From: Eledone cirrhosa | Taxonomy: Eukaryota | Assembly (NCBI GenBank): GCA_964016885.1 | Contig: OZ024740.1 | Span: forward strand, 291,648,001-291,712,000 | Direction: 5' to 3' | DNA length: 64,000 bases | In this document: one piece after another, positions 24,989 through 37,050 of the stretch | Layout of the letters: every line of letters begins with the position of its first letter | Numbering within the stretch: position 1 is the first letter of the stretch | Notes under the pieces: generated by a model | The model's database searches: none | What the model was told of the DNA's origin: nothing | What the model saw: only the letters and a program-made list of their open reading frames with translations | Program-made: the position numbers and the translations under genes

Positions 24989-25578
24989 CACATGGATCAA
25001 AGTTCTGTTCAAACCATTTATTAGCTTACAATTGTTTCGTCCAAACCGAGGTTTGGAGTCTTCGGAGTAATTTTTTAATGATTGTTTACATACATGACCT
25101 CCTTTCCAACACAAGAGACATACAGATACATATGTATATATCGATGCACAGTGGGGTGACATCCTTTATAATATTTTTGCATGGCAATTTAAATTCAATT
25201 GAATTTAAATTGCCATGCAAAAATATTATAATGGATGTCACCCCACTGTGCATCGATATATACATATGTTTCTGTATGTCTCTTGTGTTGGAAAGGAGGT
25301 CATGTATGTAAACAATTATTGAAAAATTACTCCGAAGACTCCAAACCTCGGTTTGGATGAAACAATTGTAAGCTAATAAATGGTTTGAACAGAACTTTGA
25401 TTCATGTAATTTCTATATAACTGCTCTGTAGAACAACTGATGTTATTACATTGAGCTATTTATCTTACTGGTAATAAGGTAGTAATAAATTACTGTCTTT
25501 CACTGTTTAGGGTTTAAAATATATATAACTATAAAAAGTTTTAGTATATACATAACCATAAATAGTACCCTTAATACT
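24980..25578. mobile_element. Spacer-less ~440-bp palindrome (24980-25418, centre caattg at 25196-25201) with hammerhead variants and a right-hand tail
   Basis: attact-CCGAAGA-c-tccaaac-ctcg-gtttgga-y-GAAAC-aatt-GTA|agctaat at 25326-25377 (+) and 25020-25071 (-); (TA)n flanks. Confidence 0.82.
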
Positions 25579-25729
25579 ATATATATATATATATATAATG
25601 GTGATGACATCTGTAGCGCATTACATTAGACACCACACTGCTATAAACATTTGAAAAAACAATTCTGATACATTTATATTTAATTTTAAAGATATTCTGC
25701 TAGTTTATATATATATATATATGTATATA

Positions 25730-26822
25730 TCATCATCATCATCATCATCATCACCGTTTTACGTCTGTTCTTCCACGCTAGCATGGGTTAGATGGGTTGT
25801 CCTGTTGTAGGCAGTAGCCGGTCGGCTGACCATGTCTTGCTCACACGGGAACTGATTCTGGCTTGATTTCTACAGCTGGATGCCCTTCCTAACACCAACC
25901 TCATTTACAATGAGTGCTGGGTGCTTTTTATCTGTGGCGCCTCCACGTCCACTTTACAGTGTGGGCTGGGTGCTTTTTTACCGTGGCTCCTCCATGGCCA
26001 CTTTGCAGTGGGAGGGGTTGGGTGGTGCATATTGTCTATATGCTTCAGCTTCAGCTTGTACCCGTGGGGGGTGGGGAGTCAGGTCTTCTGTATTACTGCT
26101 TGACGCCAGAGGTCACGGTCGTATGTCATCGCCTTTGAGAGGTGTAATTGGGTAAGTTCGGCTTTTATCACCTCATCCCAGGTCTTCTTGGGTCTCCCCA
26201 CTTCGCGGTTTCCATCGACTTCTAGTGCTCTGCACCTTTTTATGCAGTTGTCATCCTTCATATGCATCACATGTCCATACCAATGCAACCTCCTCACTTG
26301 CACACAGCATTTGATTCCTCTTATGCTCAGTCTCTCTCTCAATTCGTTTATGATTTGGCATTCGCGTATATTACTATTACACATCCATCAGAGCATGCAG
26401 GCTTCGTTTCTTTCTAATCTACACAAGTCTTCTACAGACAGCGCCCAGGTCTCACTACCATGTAACATTGCTGTTCGTATACACACATCATACAGTCTGC
26501 CCTGATTTCTACAGCTGGATGCCCTTCCTAACACCAACCTCATTTACAGTGAGTGGTGGGTGCTTTTTTTCCGTGGCGTCTACACGTCCACTTTACAGTG
26601 TGGGCTGGGTGCTTTTTTTGGCATGGCACCTCCACGACCACTCTGCAGTGGAATGATAGGGACCCCAGTCCTATCATCCCATTTCTACAGCTGAGTAAAC
26701 TGGAGCAATGTGAAATAAAGTGTCTTGCTCAAGGAAACAACACATCGCCCGGTCTGAGAATTGAACTCACATCATTTCGATTGCAAGGCCAATGCTCTAA
26801 CCACTAAGCCATGTGCCTCCAT
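25730..26822 (-). mobile_element. Composite of RTE 3' end (ORF remnant 26080-26500) and a tRNA-head/RTE-tail SINE
   Basis: CNSNIRECQIINELRERL..GRPKKTWDE; (CAT)n at 25731; SINE head at 26680-26820. Confidence 0.8.
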
Positions 26823-26871
26823 ATATAACCCATGTTAGCGTGGAAGATAGACACACACACACACACACACA

Positions 26872-26983
<112 letters not shown>

Positions 26984-26996
26984 TAGTGATAGTTAA

Positions 26997-27420
26997 ATAT
27001 GTTAAATAAAAAAAACAACACAGTTCTTGATGGAATCAAGTCATTATCTAATGCACATTTTGCTAACAACAAAAATCAAATGATATAGATACATTTATAT
27101 TTTTTATAAAAACTTATATCTTCTTATTGATTCTATTACTGTCAGGTCATCAGAGATAAATGAAGGCCAAATTTATTCCCAGGGAATAAATAAAAATAGA
27201 ATAAGATTAATATCCATGGAGGATACAATGATATTAGTTACTTATTAAACAGACCTTCACTTATCTCTGATGAGCTGACAGTAATAGCATCAACTGGAAG
27301 ATATTAGTTTTTATAAAAAAATAAAATGTATGTATGTCATTTGATTTTTATTGTTGTTAGTGAAATCTGTATGAGATAATAGAAGATTCCATCAAGAATT
27401 TGGGGTTTTTTTTAACATAT
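26997..27420. mobile_element. Older fold-back element (~170-bp diverged arms, ~87-bp spacer) with CTGATGA in both arms
   Basis: atatgttaaa..cttgatggaatc / gattccatcaag..tttaacatat; ctctgatga at 27265 and its mirror near 27150. Confidence 0.65.
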
Positions 27421-27433
27421 ATATGTTGCATAA

Positions 27434-28906
27434 ATACAATCATTGAATCTCACCTCGGATACAACCATTGAATCTTACTCTGGATACAACCATTGGATCT
27501 TACTCTGGATACAACCATTGAATCTTACTCTGGATACAACCATTGAATCTTACTCTGGATACAACCATTGAATCTTACTCTGGATACAACCATTGAATCT
27601 TACTCTGGATACAACCATTGAATCTCACCTCGGATACAACCATTGAATCTTACTCTGGATACAATCATTGGATCTTACTCTGGATAGAACCATTGAATCT
27701 CACCTCGGATACAACCATTGAATCTTACTCTGGATACAACCATTGAATCTTACTCTGGATACAACCATTGAATCTCACCTCGGATACAACCATTGAATCT
27801 TACTCTGGATACAACCATTGGATCTTACTCTGGATACAACCATTGGATCTTACTCTGGATACAACCATTGAATCTCACCTCGGATACAACCATTGAATCT
27901 TACTCTGGATACAACCATTGAATCTTACTCTGGATACAACCATTGAATCTCACCTCGGATACAACCATTGAATCTTACTCTGGATACAACCATTGGATCT
28001 TACTCTGGATACAACCATTGAATCTCACCTCGGATACAACCATTGAATCTTACTCTGGATACAACCATTGAATCTTACTCTGGATACAACCATTGAATCT
28101 CACCTCGGATACAACCATTGAATCTTACTCTGGATACAACCATTGGATCTTACTCTGGATACAACCATTGGATCTTACTCTGGATACAACCATTGAATCT
28201 CACCTCGGATACAACCATTGAATCTTACTCTGGATACAACCATTGAATCTCACCTCGGATACAACCATTGAATCTTACTCTGGATACAATCATTGGATCT
28301 TACTCTGGATAAAATCATTGGTCTTACCTCAGATACAACCATTGGTCTTACCTCAGATACAACCATTGGTCTTACCTCAGATACAACCATTGGATCTTTC
28401 CTCAGATACAATCATTGGATCTTACTTTGGATACAATCATTGGATCTTACTCTGGATACAACCATTGGATCTTTCCTCAGATACAATCATTGGATCTTAC
28501 TCTGGATACAACCATTGGATCTTTCCTCAGATACAATCATTGGATCTTACTTTGGATACAATCATTGGATCTTTCCTTAGATAGAACCATTGAATCTTAC
28601 TTTGGATACAATCATTGGATCTTACTCTGGATACAATCATTGGATCTTACTTTGGATACAATTATTGGATCTTTCCTCAGATAGAACCATTGAATCTTAC
28701 TTTGGATACAATCATTGGATCTTACTTTGGATACAATTATTGGATCTTACTCTGGATACAATTATTGGATCTTTCCTTAGATAGAACCATTGAATCTTAC
28801 TATGGATACAATAATTGGATCTTACCTCGGGTACAATCACTGGGCTTTACTTCAGATACAACCACTGGATCTTTCTTCAGATACAATCATTGGATCTTAC
28901 TGTGGA
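27434..28906. repeat. 25-bp minisatellite, about 59 copies
   Basis: ggatacaaccattgaatcttactct and variants. Confidence 0.95.
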
Positions 28907-29059
28907 TTTGTTGGTTCTACATGACTGTTATTAGTAACAACGCATCCAGCTTTTAATTCATAATAAAATCGATTTCTCTACTTAGTAATCTTTATATATA
29001 TTCCCAAAATAGGGTTCCACTATGAGCAGGTTATGGTGTGGCCAGCTGGCCAAACCCTC

Positions 29060-29730
29060 CTCAAAACAGGAACACCCAGTTCCACACTGTAAACATGGTT
29101 GGTGTTAGGAAGGGCATCTTGCTGTAAAATCCCCAGCCTAAATACAGTTTGATTTGAGCAAGGTACAGTGTGGACAACTGGCCAGATTTGTATCATAATG
29201 TGGTCGACCCATCTAACCCATGCAAGTATGGAAAAATAGATGTTAAATGGTGATGATGATGATAATAATAATAATAATATATATATATATATATACATCA
29301 TCATCGTTTAACATCCATCTTCCATGCTAGCATGGGTTGGACGGTTTTGTCCCACTTGAGGCGAGATTGGTTGGGAGACCATGTCTCGTTTGTACAGAAC
29401 TGTCTATGGCAGGTTTTCTATGGTTGGATGCCCTTCCTAACACCAACCACATTTACAGTGTGAACTGGGAGTCTTTTTACCATATCTCCTACACGACCAC
29501 TTTACAGTGTGGACTGGGTGCTTTTTGTTGTCACCTACACGACTACTTTACAGTGGACGAAAATAGGAGGATAGAATAGGGTGTGTGGGGTGTATATTGG
29601 GTTAAGAGGTGCCTACTGACACTAGGTTTAAGTTTGTATGCAAGGGAAGGCGGGTCTTCTGTATAACTGCATAGTGCCAAAGATCTCGATCTAATGACAT
29701 TGTCTTAGAGAGGTGAAAGTGAGCAAGGTC
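29060..29730. mobile_element. Two RTE-tail repeats facing each other across a (TA)n
   Basis: ggttggtgttaggaagggcatc (+) ending (GAT)n; (CAT)n start and reverse RTE 3' UTR at 29297-29730. Confidence 0.7.
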
Positions 29731-30281
29731 AGTTTATATATATATATATATACAGATCAATACCAAGGCATGGATAGTTCCACTCTAAGGTGCAGGCCTG
29801 TACAAGAATCTTTTTTTTTATGGAAGACTAGAAGTTGCTTATGCATGCCATTCCCCCCTCCCTCTACCATTAATGTTGTCCAAGGGAAAGGCAAAGACCA
29901 GTACAACTTAGCACCAATAACGTTGCAGGCAAACTCAAAATACAAAGAACTGAAAACAAAACCACAACATATCCCATCCAACACTATAATAATTCTGCTA
30001 ATTTACCACCCTGATCTAATATTTTGTTTAGTGATTTTGGAAAGATGAAAGGCAAAGTTTATTCTGTCAAGATTAGATCTCATAGTCAGAGACGCAGACA
30101 GGACAACTACTGTGAAGTATTTCATCCAATACTCTAATAAGACTACAGATCTGCCATATATATATAAATCTGCAAGTATGGAAAATGACTGTTAAATGGT
30201 GATGATATGTATGATGATGAAATATATATATAGTTAATAAATGAAAAAACAAACAAAACACAGGAGGCCATTTTACATAGT

Positions 30282-30314
<33 letters not shown>

Positions 30315-30460
30315 GGTGGGTGGGTAAAGTTCCAGCCACCATGCTAAGCTGAAACCTCTTGGCGTTTCAGGATTTTACATGTCTCTATACCCACTCTACA
30401 TCTCCCCATGCATTGAGTACTCCCATGATTAGTGGTCTCCCTGGTCTCAGCATCGCAAAC

Positions 30461-30537
<77 letters not shown>

Positions 30538-30849
30538 TGTGTGTGTGTGTGTGTGTAAATGATGATATGTGTGTATATATATGTGTGTGTGCGTGTGTAT
30601 GTGAATGCATGCATATGTGTATGAATGTTTGTACATATTTGTGTGTGCATATGTGTATGTATGTGTATTAGTGTATGTATATATGTTTATATGTAATGTG
30701 TATGTATATATATATATACATATACGTGTGAATGTATGCATACATGCATGAATGCATGTATGCATGTATGTATGTGTGCATATCTGTGTGTGCTTGTATG
30801 TATATATGTATGTATGCAAGTATGTATGTATGCATGTATGTGTATATGT

Positions 30850-31225
30850 ATGAGAAGGAGAAGGAAAACTCTGATATAACACCTGCAACCCTGATGGTAT
30901 CCAATGATGTTGACTTGTTCTTCTTTTTGGTAAATATCATCTTGGTTAAGAGAGTGGGACTGGCTTTGTGCAGTGCCTTTGCTCACTATAAAAGCTTCAC
31001 GGCACAGGCATTGCTTTATATCTGGAGATCTCTCTGCACTTGTCGTCACATGGTACCATGGGCCCAGCACTATGTGTCAATAATTGTCACAAGTGTAGTG
31101 TTTGTACCAGAGTTTTCAAGTCGCTGGCTGGACTAAAAAGTCACACTCGTTGAGCGCATCGGTAGGGGTTCTCCTACATGGATATAAAGTAGTGGCCGTA
31201 CTCGAAAACGAGTTGGCAGCCACCA
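30850..31225 (+). mobile_element. 3' end of an RTE/BovB-like LINE with a C2H2 zinc-finger remnant
   Basis: Frame at ~31088: HKCSVCTRVFKSLAGLKSHTR*AH; terminal stem-loop actcgaaaacgagt. Confidence 0.55.
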
Positions 31226-32103
31226 TATAGGTATGTATGTATGTATGTATGTATTCTGTTTGACCTATATTAGCAAGTCATATACACTTCATGTATATGG
31301 CTACTGAAGTGCTTGAGAAGTTAAGTCAACAAATGAACAGTTGCTTAATGGAAGTAGTTGAAATAGTCACTGAAATAATAACTTACAACAGTTAACTGTA
31401 TTAGACGTAGGAGAGTCTTACAAAGTAACAAGAACCTTTAGACCCATTTCCTATTTGTTGGTGATATTTTAATAGAATGCATTGCCATGCTAGTTATCAT
31501 TCCATTAATACACTTGTTTTGTATACACCATTACTACTTTTTTTGTATATCAATTGTATCATAATATAATTTATAATTTATAATAAAATCTATAATTAAT
31601 TCATAATATTTTTTGTAGAAAAAATGTAACTCTTAACATCCTGTAATGAAACCACCTTAACAAGACATTCTTGAAAAATATGAAATAGCACTATGACTGT
31701 ATCACAGTAAAAATTAAACTATTTATGCTAATATGCAAATTTTGTAATGATTTGACAACTAGTAAAGATACCATAGGTATTTAAATTAACAAACCTGTTT
31801 TAGATGTTTTGCTGAATCATTATAGAATGTAATAGTTAGTTAATGTAGTTAATATAGTTTTATTATATATGTCATCTATCAGCGCAGTTTGGGGAAACAC
31901 TGTTAGGTTAAATAAAGTATGTCAATTGCAATTTGCTTCTATTTTCTATCTTCTTCAGTGCATTCAATTCATTTTAATTCTTCCTTTCCTAACACATTAG
32001 AGTAAAAGACAGACAGGTGGGAGGCACAGGGATTTATATAAGTCAAGTTTATGGACTATCGACACTATTGAATAAAATGGTTGGAGTAAACACTAATAGT
32101 TTT

Positions 32104-32245
32104 TATTTAAAATAAAAAAATAAAAAAATAAAAAAATAAAAAAATAAAAAAATAAAAAAATAAAAAAATAAAAAAATAAAAAAATAAAAAAATAAAAAAA
32201 TAAAAAAATAATGAATAAATAAAAAATAAATAAAGAATAAAAAAA
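32104..32245. repeat. (AAAAAAT)n-type A-rich repeat
   Basis: Visible. Confidence 0.9.
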
Positions 32246-32359
32246 GAAATCATTATTCACAGTTGTATAAATAACATTACAAATAGTTTATAATTCTTAC
32301 AGAATGAAAATCTAAACACAAATATAAAAACCATATAATAAATACAATTAAATATTAAC

Positions 32360-33555
32360 CTAACTAAGAACATAGATTTTACATGTGGCCGGTGCTCTGG
32401 TGCAATAAGTAGCAGCAAGTGCCCACAAAATACTAGCTCCTTCAACTGCGCAGAGGGTTCTATAGAAATAGTGGACAGCTTCCGTTACCTGGGTGACAAA
32501 ATCAGCAGTGGGGGAGGGTGCTCTGAAAGTACAGTAGCTAGAGTCAGAACTGGATGGAAAAAGTTCAGAGAGCTTATACCACTATTAGCCGCTAGAGGGT
32601 TCTCCCTAAAAATGAAAGGCAGGTTATACGATGCCTGCATACGAACAGCAATGCTGCATGGCAGTGAGACCTGGGCATTGTGTGCAGAGGATATACGCAG
32701 ACTAGAGAGGAACGAAGCTTGCATGCTCCGCTGGATGTGCAATAGTAATATACGTGAACGGCAAAGCATAAACGAACTAAGGAAAAAATTAGAAATAAGA
32801 GGGATCAGATGTTGTTTACTCGAGAGAAGGCTACGTTGGTACGGTCACATGATGCGCATGAAAGACGACAGCTGTATAACAAAGTGCAGGGCAATAAAGA
32901 TAGACGGTAGCCACGGAGTAGGCAGACCCAGAAAAACATGGGACGAGCTGATAAATTCCGACCTCATACGCTTACACCTCTCCAAGACAATGTCACTGGA
33001 CCGAGACCTTTGGCGGTACTCAGTAATAGAGAAGACCCGCCTTACCTAAATACAAAGTAAAAACGTACTACAGTCAGTAGGCATCTCTATCAAAACACCC
33101 CCCGTCCCACCACCTCCACCCCATCCACACCACCCCTTTCAATGTAAAGTTATGTTGGTCCCACAACATCCAGGCCGAAACAAATGAGATCGTGTAGGTG
33201 TCACGACAAAAAAACACACAGTCCACGCTGTAAATGTGGCCGTGTAGGCAACATGGTAAAAACCTCCCAGCCCCACACTGTAAATGTGGTTGGTGTTAGG
33301 AAGAGCATCCAGCTGTAGAAAACCCGCCAGACAGTCCACGCTGTAATGTGGCCGTGTAGGCAACACGGTAAAAACCTCCCAGCCCCACACTGTAAATGTG
33401 GTTGGTGTTAGGAAGGGCATCCAACTGTAGAAAACCCGCCAGACAGTCCTATGCGAGCAAGACAACCACTCTTGCCTCAAGTGGGAAAACCCCCGTCCAA
33501 ACCCATGCAAGCGTGGAACACGGACGCTAAACCTGATGATGATGATGATGATGAT
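32360..33555 (+). mobile_element. 5'-truncated RTE LINE with intact C-terminus and an ~110-bp duplication in the 3' UTR
   Basis: ORF 32471-33049 ends GRPRKTWDELINSDL..KTRLT; acagtccacgctgta.. segment occurs twice. Confidence 0.93.
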
Positions 33556-33852
33556 TGCTAGAAACCTCACAAATGTAATACACAAAACTATATGATCAAA
33601 GCGAGAGAAAGAAAGATATAAGGGAGACAAAAACAAAAATGACCATCAATTCAACACCATGTGCGAGAATCAGCCGACAATGACCACAAGGGTCAACAGA
33701 AATTTTTGAGGCAAGCCAACATGCTAACCAAATGCTGGGCTTAGACATTTTACTGACTACTCAACTGAAGGGTTTAAAAGCATGATACACATCAGTTGTA
33801 ATTGCATTCACTCTACATCCTTGTTCTGAACACATATCTCTTACAAGTGATA

Positions 33853-34095
33853 GATGCTGGGCTTACCAGATGTTGGGCTTACCAGATGCTCGGCTTACCA
33901 GATTCTCAGCTTACCAGATGCTGGGCTTACCAGATGCTGGGTTTACCAGATGCTGGGCTTACCAGATGCTCGGCTTACCAGATGTTCAGCTTACAAGATA
34001 CTAGGCTTACCAAATTCTGGGCTTACTAGATGCTGGGCTTACTAGATGCTGGGCTTACCAGATGCTGGGCTCACCAGATGTTGGGCTTACCAGAC
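33853..34095. repeat. 16-bp minisatellite (gatgctgggcttacca), about 15 copies
   Basis: Visible tandem units. Confidence 0.92.
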
Positions 34096-34644
34096 ATTCT
34101 GCTGACTACTCAACTATCAAACATCTCAAGTCTCAATACATGAACGACTAAAAGTGAGAAGTCTCTTGTGTTCATCGTATAATTGTATATATATTTACCT
34201 ACTTTACTCAAACTATACTAACTCTTTCTCAACAAAATGAGTGTCAATGCAACATGAATATCTACACTGCATTAAATGTCCAAAACAGCTGCTACAGAAC
34301 TGCACAACTGCACAATTAGCTTTACATTGCACATTTTCAAGGTAATAAAGTGAATTATTAATGGATACGTTCAGACCCACGCAGAACCTTACCATTTAAT
34401 AATAGAATAATAAAATATAGCAAAACAATACATATTCTTTTCAACTCCCTTCCAGTTCATATTTCTAGAATTAGGAACATCCCCACCTCCTAACTTACTT
34501 TATCAATTATCAATAATCAATATAACCCCTGAAAGGAATATGACAATCAGTCAGAATATAAAAGTGAAAATATTGTATATTTTATGAAAAATAGTCTCAC
34601 ATCTTTGTTCCTCATGACTAAATCTCATATGGTTGTGTACAGCT

Positions 34645-34915
34645 ATGACCTTCCTACATGTAGGTATTTGATCTAACTTCCTACATGTATTTGACCTACC
34701 TTTTTACATGTAGGTGTTTGATCTAACTTTCTACATGTAGGTATTTGGTCTAACTTTTTACATGCATTTGATCTAACTTTTTACGTGTAGATATTTGACC
34801 TACCTTTTTACATGTAGGTGTTTGATCTAACTTCCTACATCTAGGTATTTGATCTAACTTTCTACATGTAGGTTTTTGATCTAACTTTCTACATGTATTT
34901 GACCTAACTTTCTAA
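34645..34915. repeat. ~23-27-bp minisatellite (ttctacatgtaggtatttgatctaac)
   Basis: Visible tandem units. Confidence 0.85.
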
Positions 34916-35107
34916 CCACTGATCAACATATCACTGATCAAAACCCCTTGGAAAAATAGAGGACGCAGTTAAAATCTTAATGAGATCTTACTGCATACCC
35001 CATTGCTGCCAAGTAGTCCCCCACAGGGTGACATTTCAGAAGATTACCTCTTTCTTTTACTGTATTTTTAATGAAATATACTGCTTATGTGTTTCAATTT
35101 CATTTTA

Positions 35108-35304
35108 ATAATATTTGTTTCTACATTTGGCACAAGGCCAGCAATTATCCCAGTGTATTACTGGTGCTTTATTTTATCGCCCCCGTAAGGATGAAAGGGA
35201 AAGTTAACCTCGGCGGGATTTGAACTCAGAGCATAAAGGGACGTAACTCTTTGCTGCAAAACATGGCGTCTGGCCCGCCACCAATACTGCCAATCCACCG
35301 CCCT
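35108..35304 (-). mobile_element. Nin-like SINE
   Basis: Consensus match; ttttaataata flanks. Confidence 0.85.
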
Positions 35305-36240
35305 ACTTTTTAATAATAATGTGATTGTGATTTGACTGTGATTTGACTGTGATTTCTAATAGGTCAAATAACCACATACAAGCAAGTTCATTGGCCTATA
35401 GGTCCCTTAAATAATACTGTTGGTACCATATTTCTAATTAAATGCACTGCCTATTTGTTTCAATTTAATTTTAAAATAATGAAAAATTTAGAAGACTTTA
35501 ATAAACTAACAAACCTTTTCATTAGAAAACTGATGTTTGGAGCATTATTTAACAAAGATTTCAAGGAAGGTTTTTAATATTAAGTACATACATTTTTAAA
35601 TGGTTAGCAGTGTGTTTCGTTAGAAATATGGTAATCAAAGGGTTAATGACATAGATGGTGTCTTTCATTAGAAATATGGTAATGAAAGGGTTAATAACAT
35701 AGACAGTGTCTTTCATTAGAAATATGGTTATGAAAGGGTTAAATAGCATAGGCAGTGTATTTCATTAGAAATATGGTTATTAAAGGGTTAAAAAAGGATA
35801 GTAGATTGGCAGAACCAGTTAAGTGTTGAATTTAATACATTGCAGTATTTAGTTACATATCTTTCCATTCTGAGTTCAATCTCTACTGTGGCTAACTTTG
35901 ATATTCATCTTTCTGGGGTTGATAAAACTAAGTTACCATCAAGTAATTGACTATATTCTAACCACAACATTAATGGCCTTGTGATTAAGCTAGAAATCAA
36001 TATTACTCTTGATTCTGAAGCTGTTGTTCATATTTCTGTAGTTATTCCATTGGAACAATAATACTCATTAACATCTAAGTTATCTGCAAGAATATCTAAA
36101 AAATATGTCTCTATATTTTCCATTTTCTTATTATATATCTTATAGATGTCACCTCAAGTAATATGGTGAAAATTGAATCTCAATAAAAGAGATTTCATCA
36201 TCCTTATCAAATTTATATTATGTTATTCACAGAAACACAA

Positions 36241-36430
36241 AATAATTGCTTCTACTATTGGCACAAGGCCAGCAATTACCCAGTACATTACTGGTACTTT
36301 ATTTTATCGACCCCGTAAGGATGAAAGGCAAAGTTAACCTCGGCGGGATTTGAACTCAGAATGGCAAGGGCCGTAACTCTATGCATCAAAGCATGGTGTC
36401 CGACCCTCTACCGATACTGCCAATTCACCA
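36241..36430 (-). mobile_element. Nin-like SINE with cacaaaataat duplication
   Basis: Consensus match and TSD. Confidence 0.85.
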
Positions 36431-36654
36431 CACAAAATAATATTGTATGTATTTATGCAAGCTAGTGAGGAAACCTTCCGTTCAGTTGCAAGGAGTTGCA
36501 ACCAAATCTTCCTCAAATCCTACTCTACTATCTTCGTGCATGCATGGTCCTATAACTACTGAGTGAGTCGTAGGAGCACCGTATTGACATACAGTGCTTC
36601 TAGGGCATTTTTAAACCTGGCGGAACTCAATCCTCTCTAGGTTTGAATACAGCA

Positions 36655-37050
36655 TAAATAATATACCCTCATAGCAACACAACTGTAAATAATAAACCCA
36701 CACATCAACACAACCTTGCATAATATACCCACACAGCAACACAACTTTGCATAATATACCCACACAGCAACACAGTCTTAAATAATATACCCACACAGCA
36801 ACACAACTGTAAATAATATACCCACACAGCAATACAACCTTAAATAATATAACCACACAGCACCACAACTGTAAATAATATACCCACATAGTAACACAAC
36901 TGTAAATAATATACCCACATAGCAACATAGTCTTAAATAATATACCAACATAGTAACCTAAAATGATATACCCACATAGCAACCTTAAATAATATACCTA
37001 CATAGCAACCTAAAATAATATACCCACACATCAACACAACCTTGCATAAA
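36655..37050. repeat. 31-bp minisatellite (aataatatacccacacagcaacacaactgta), left part
   Basis: Array resumes at 40392. Confidence 0.9.

Noticed and set aside
25598-25705. Possible hammerhead between TA runs (gtgatga..gaaaa)
   Set aside because: Core and stems too degenerate to support
27434-28956. Repetitive ORFs in the 25-bp array
   Set aside because: Translations of a non-triplet tandem repeat
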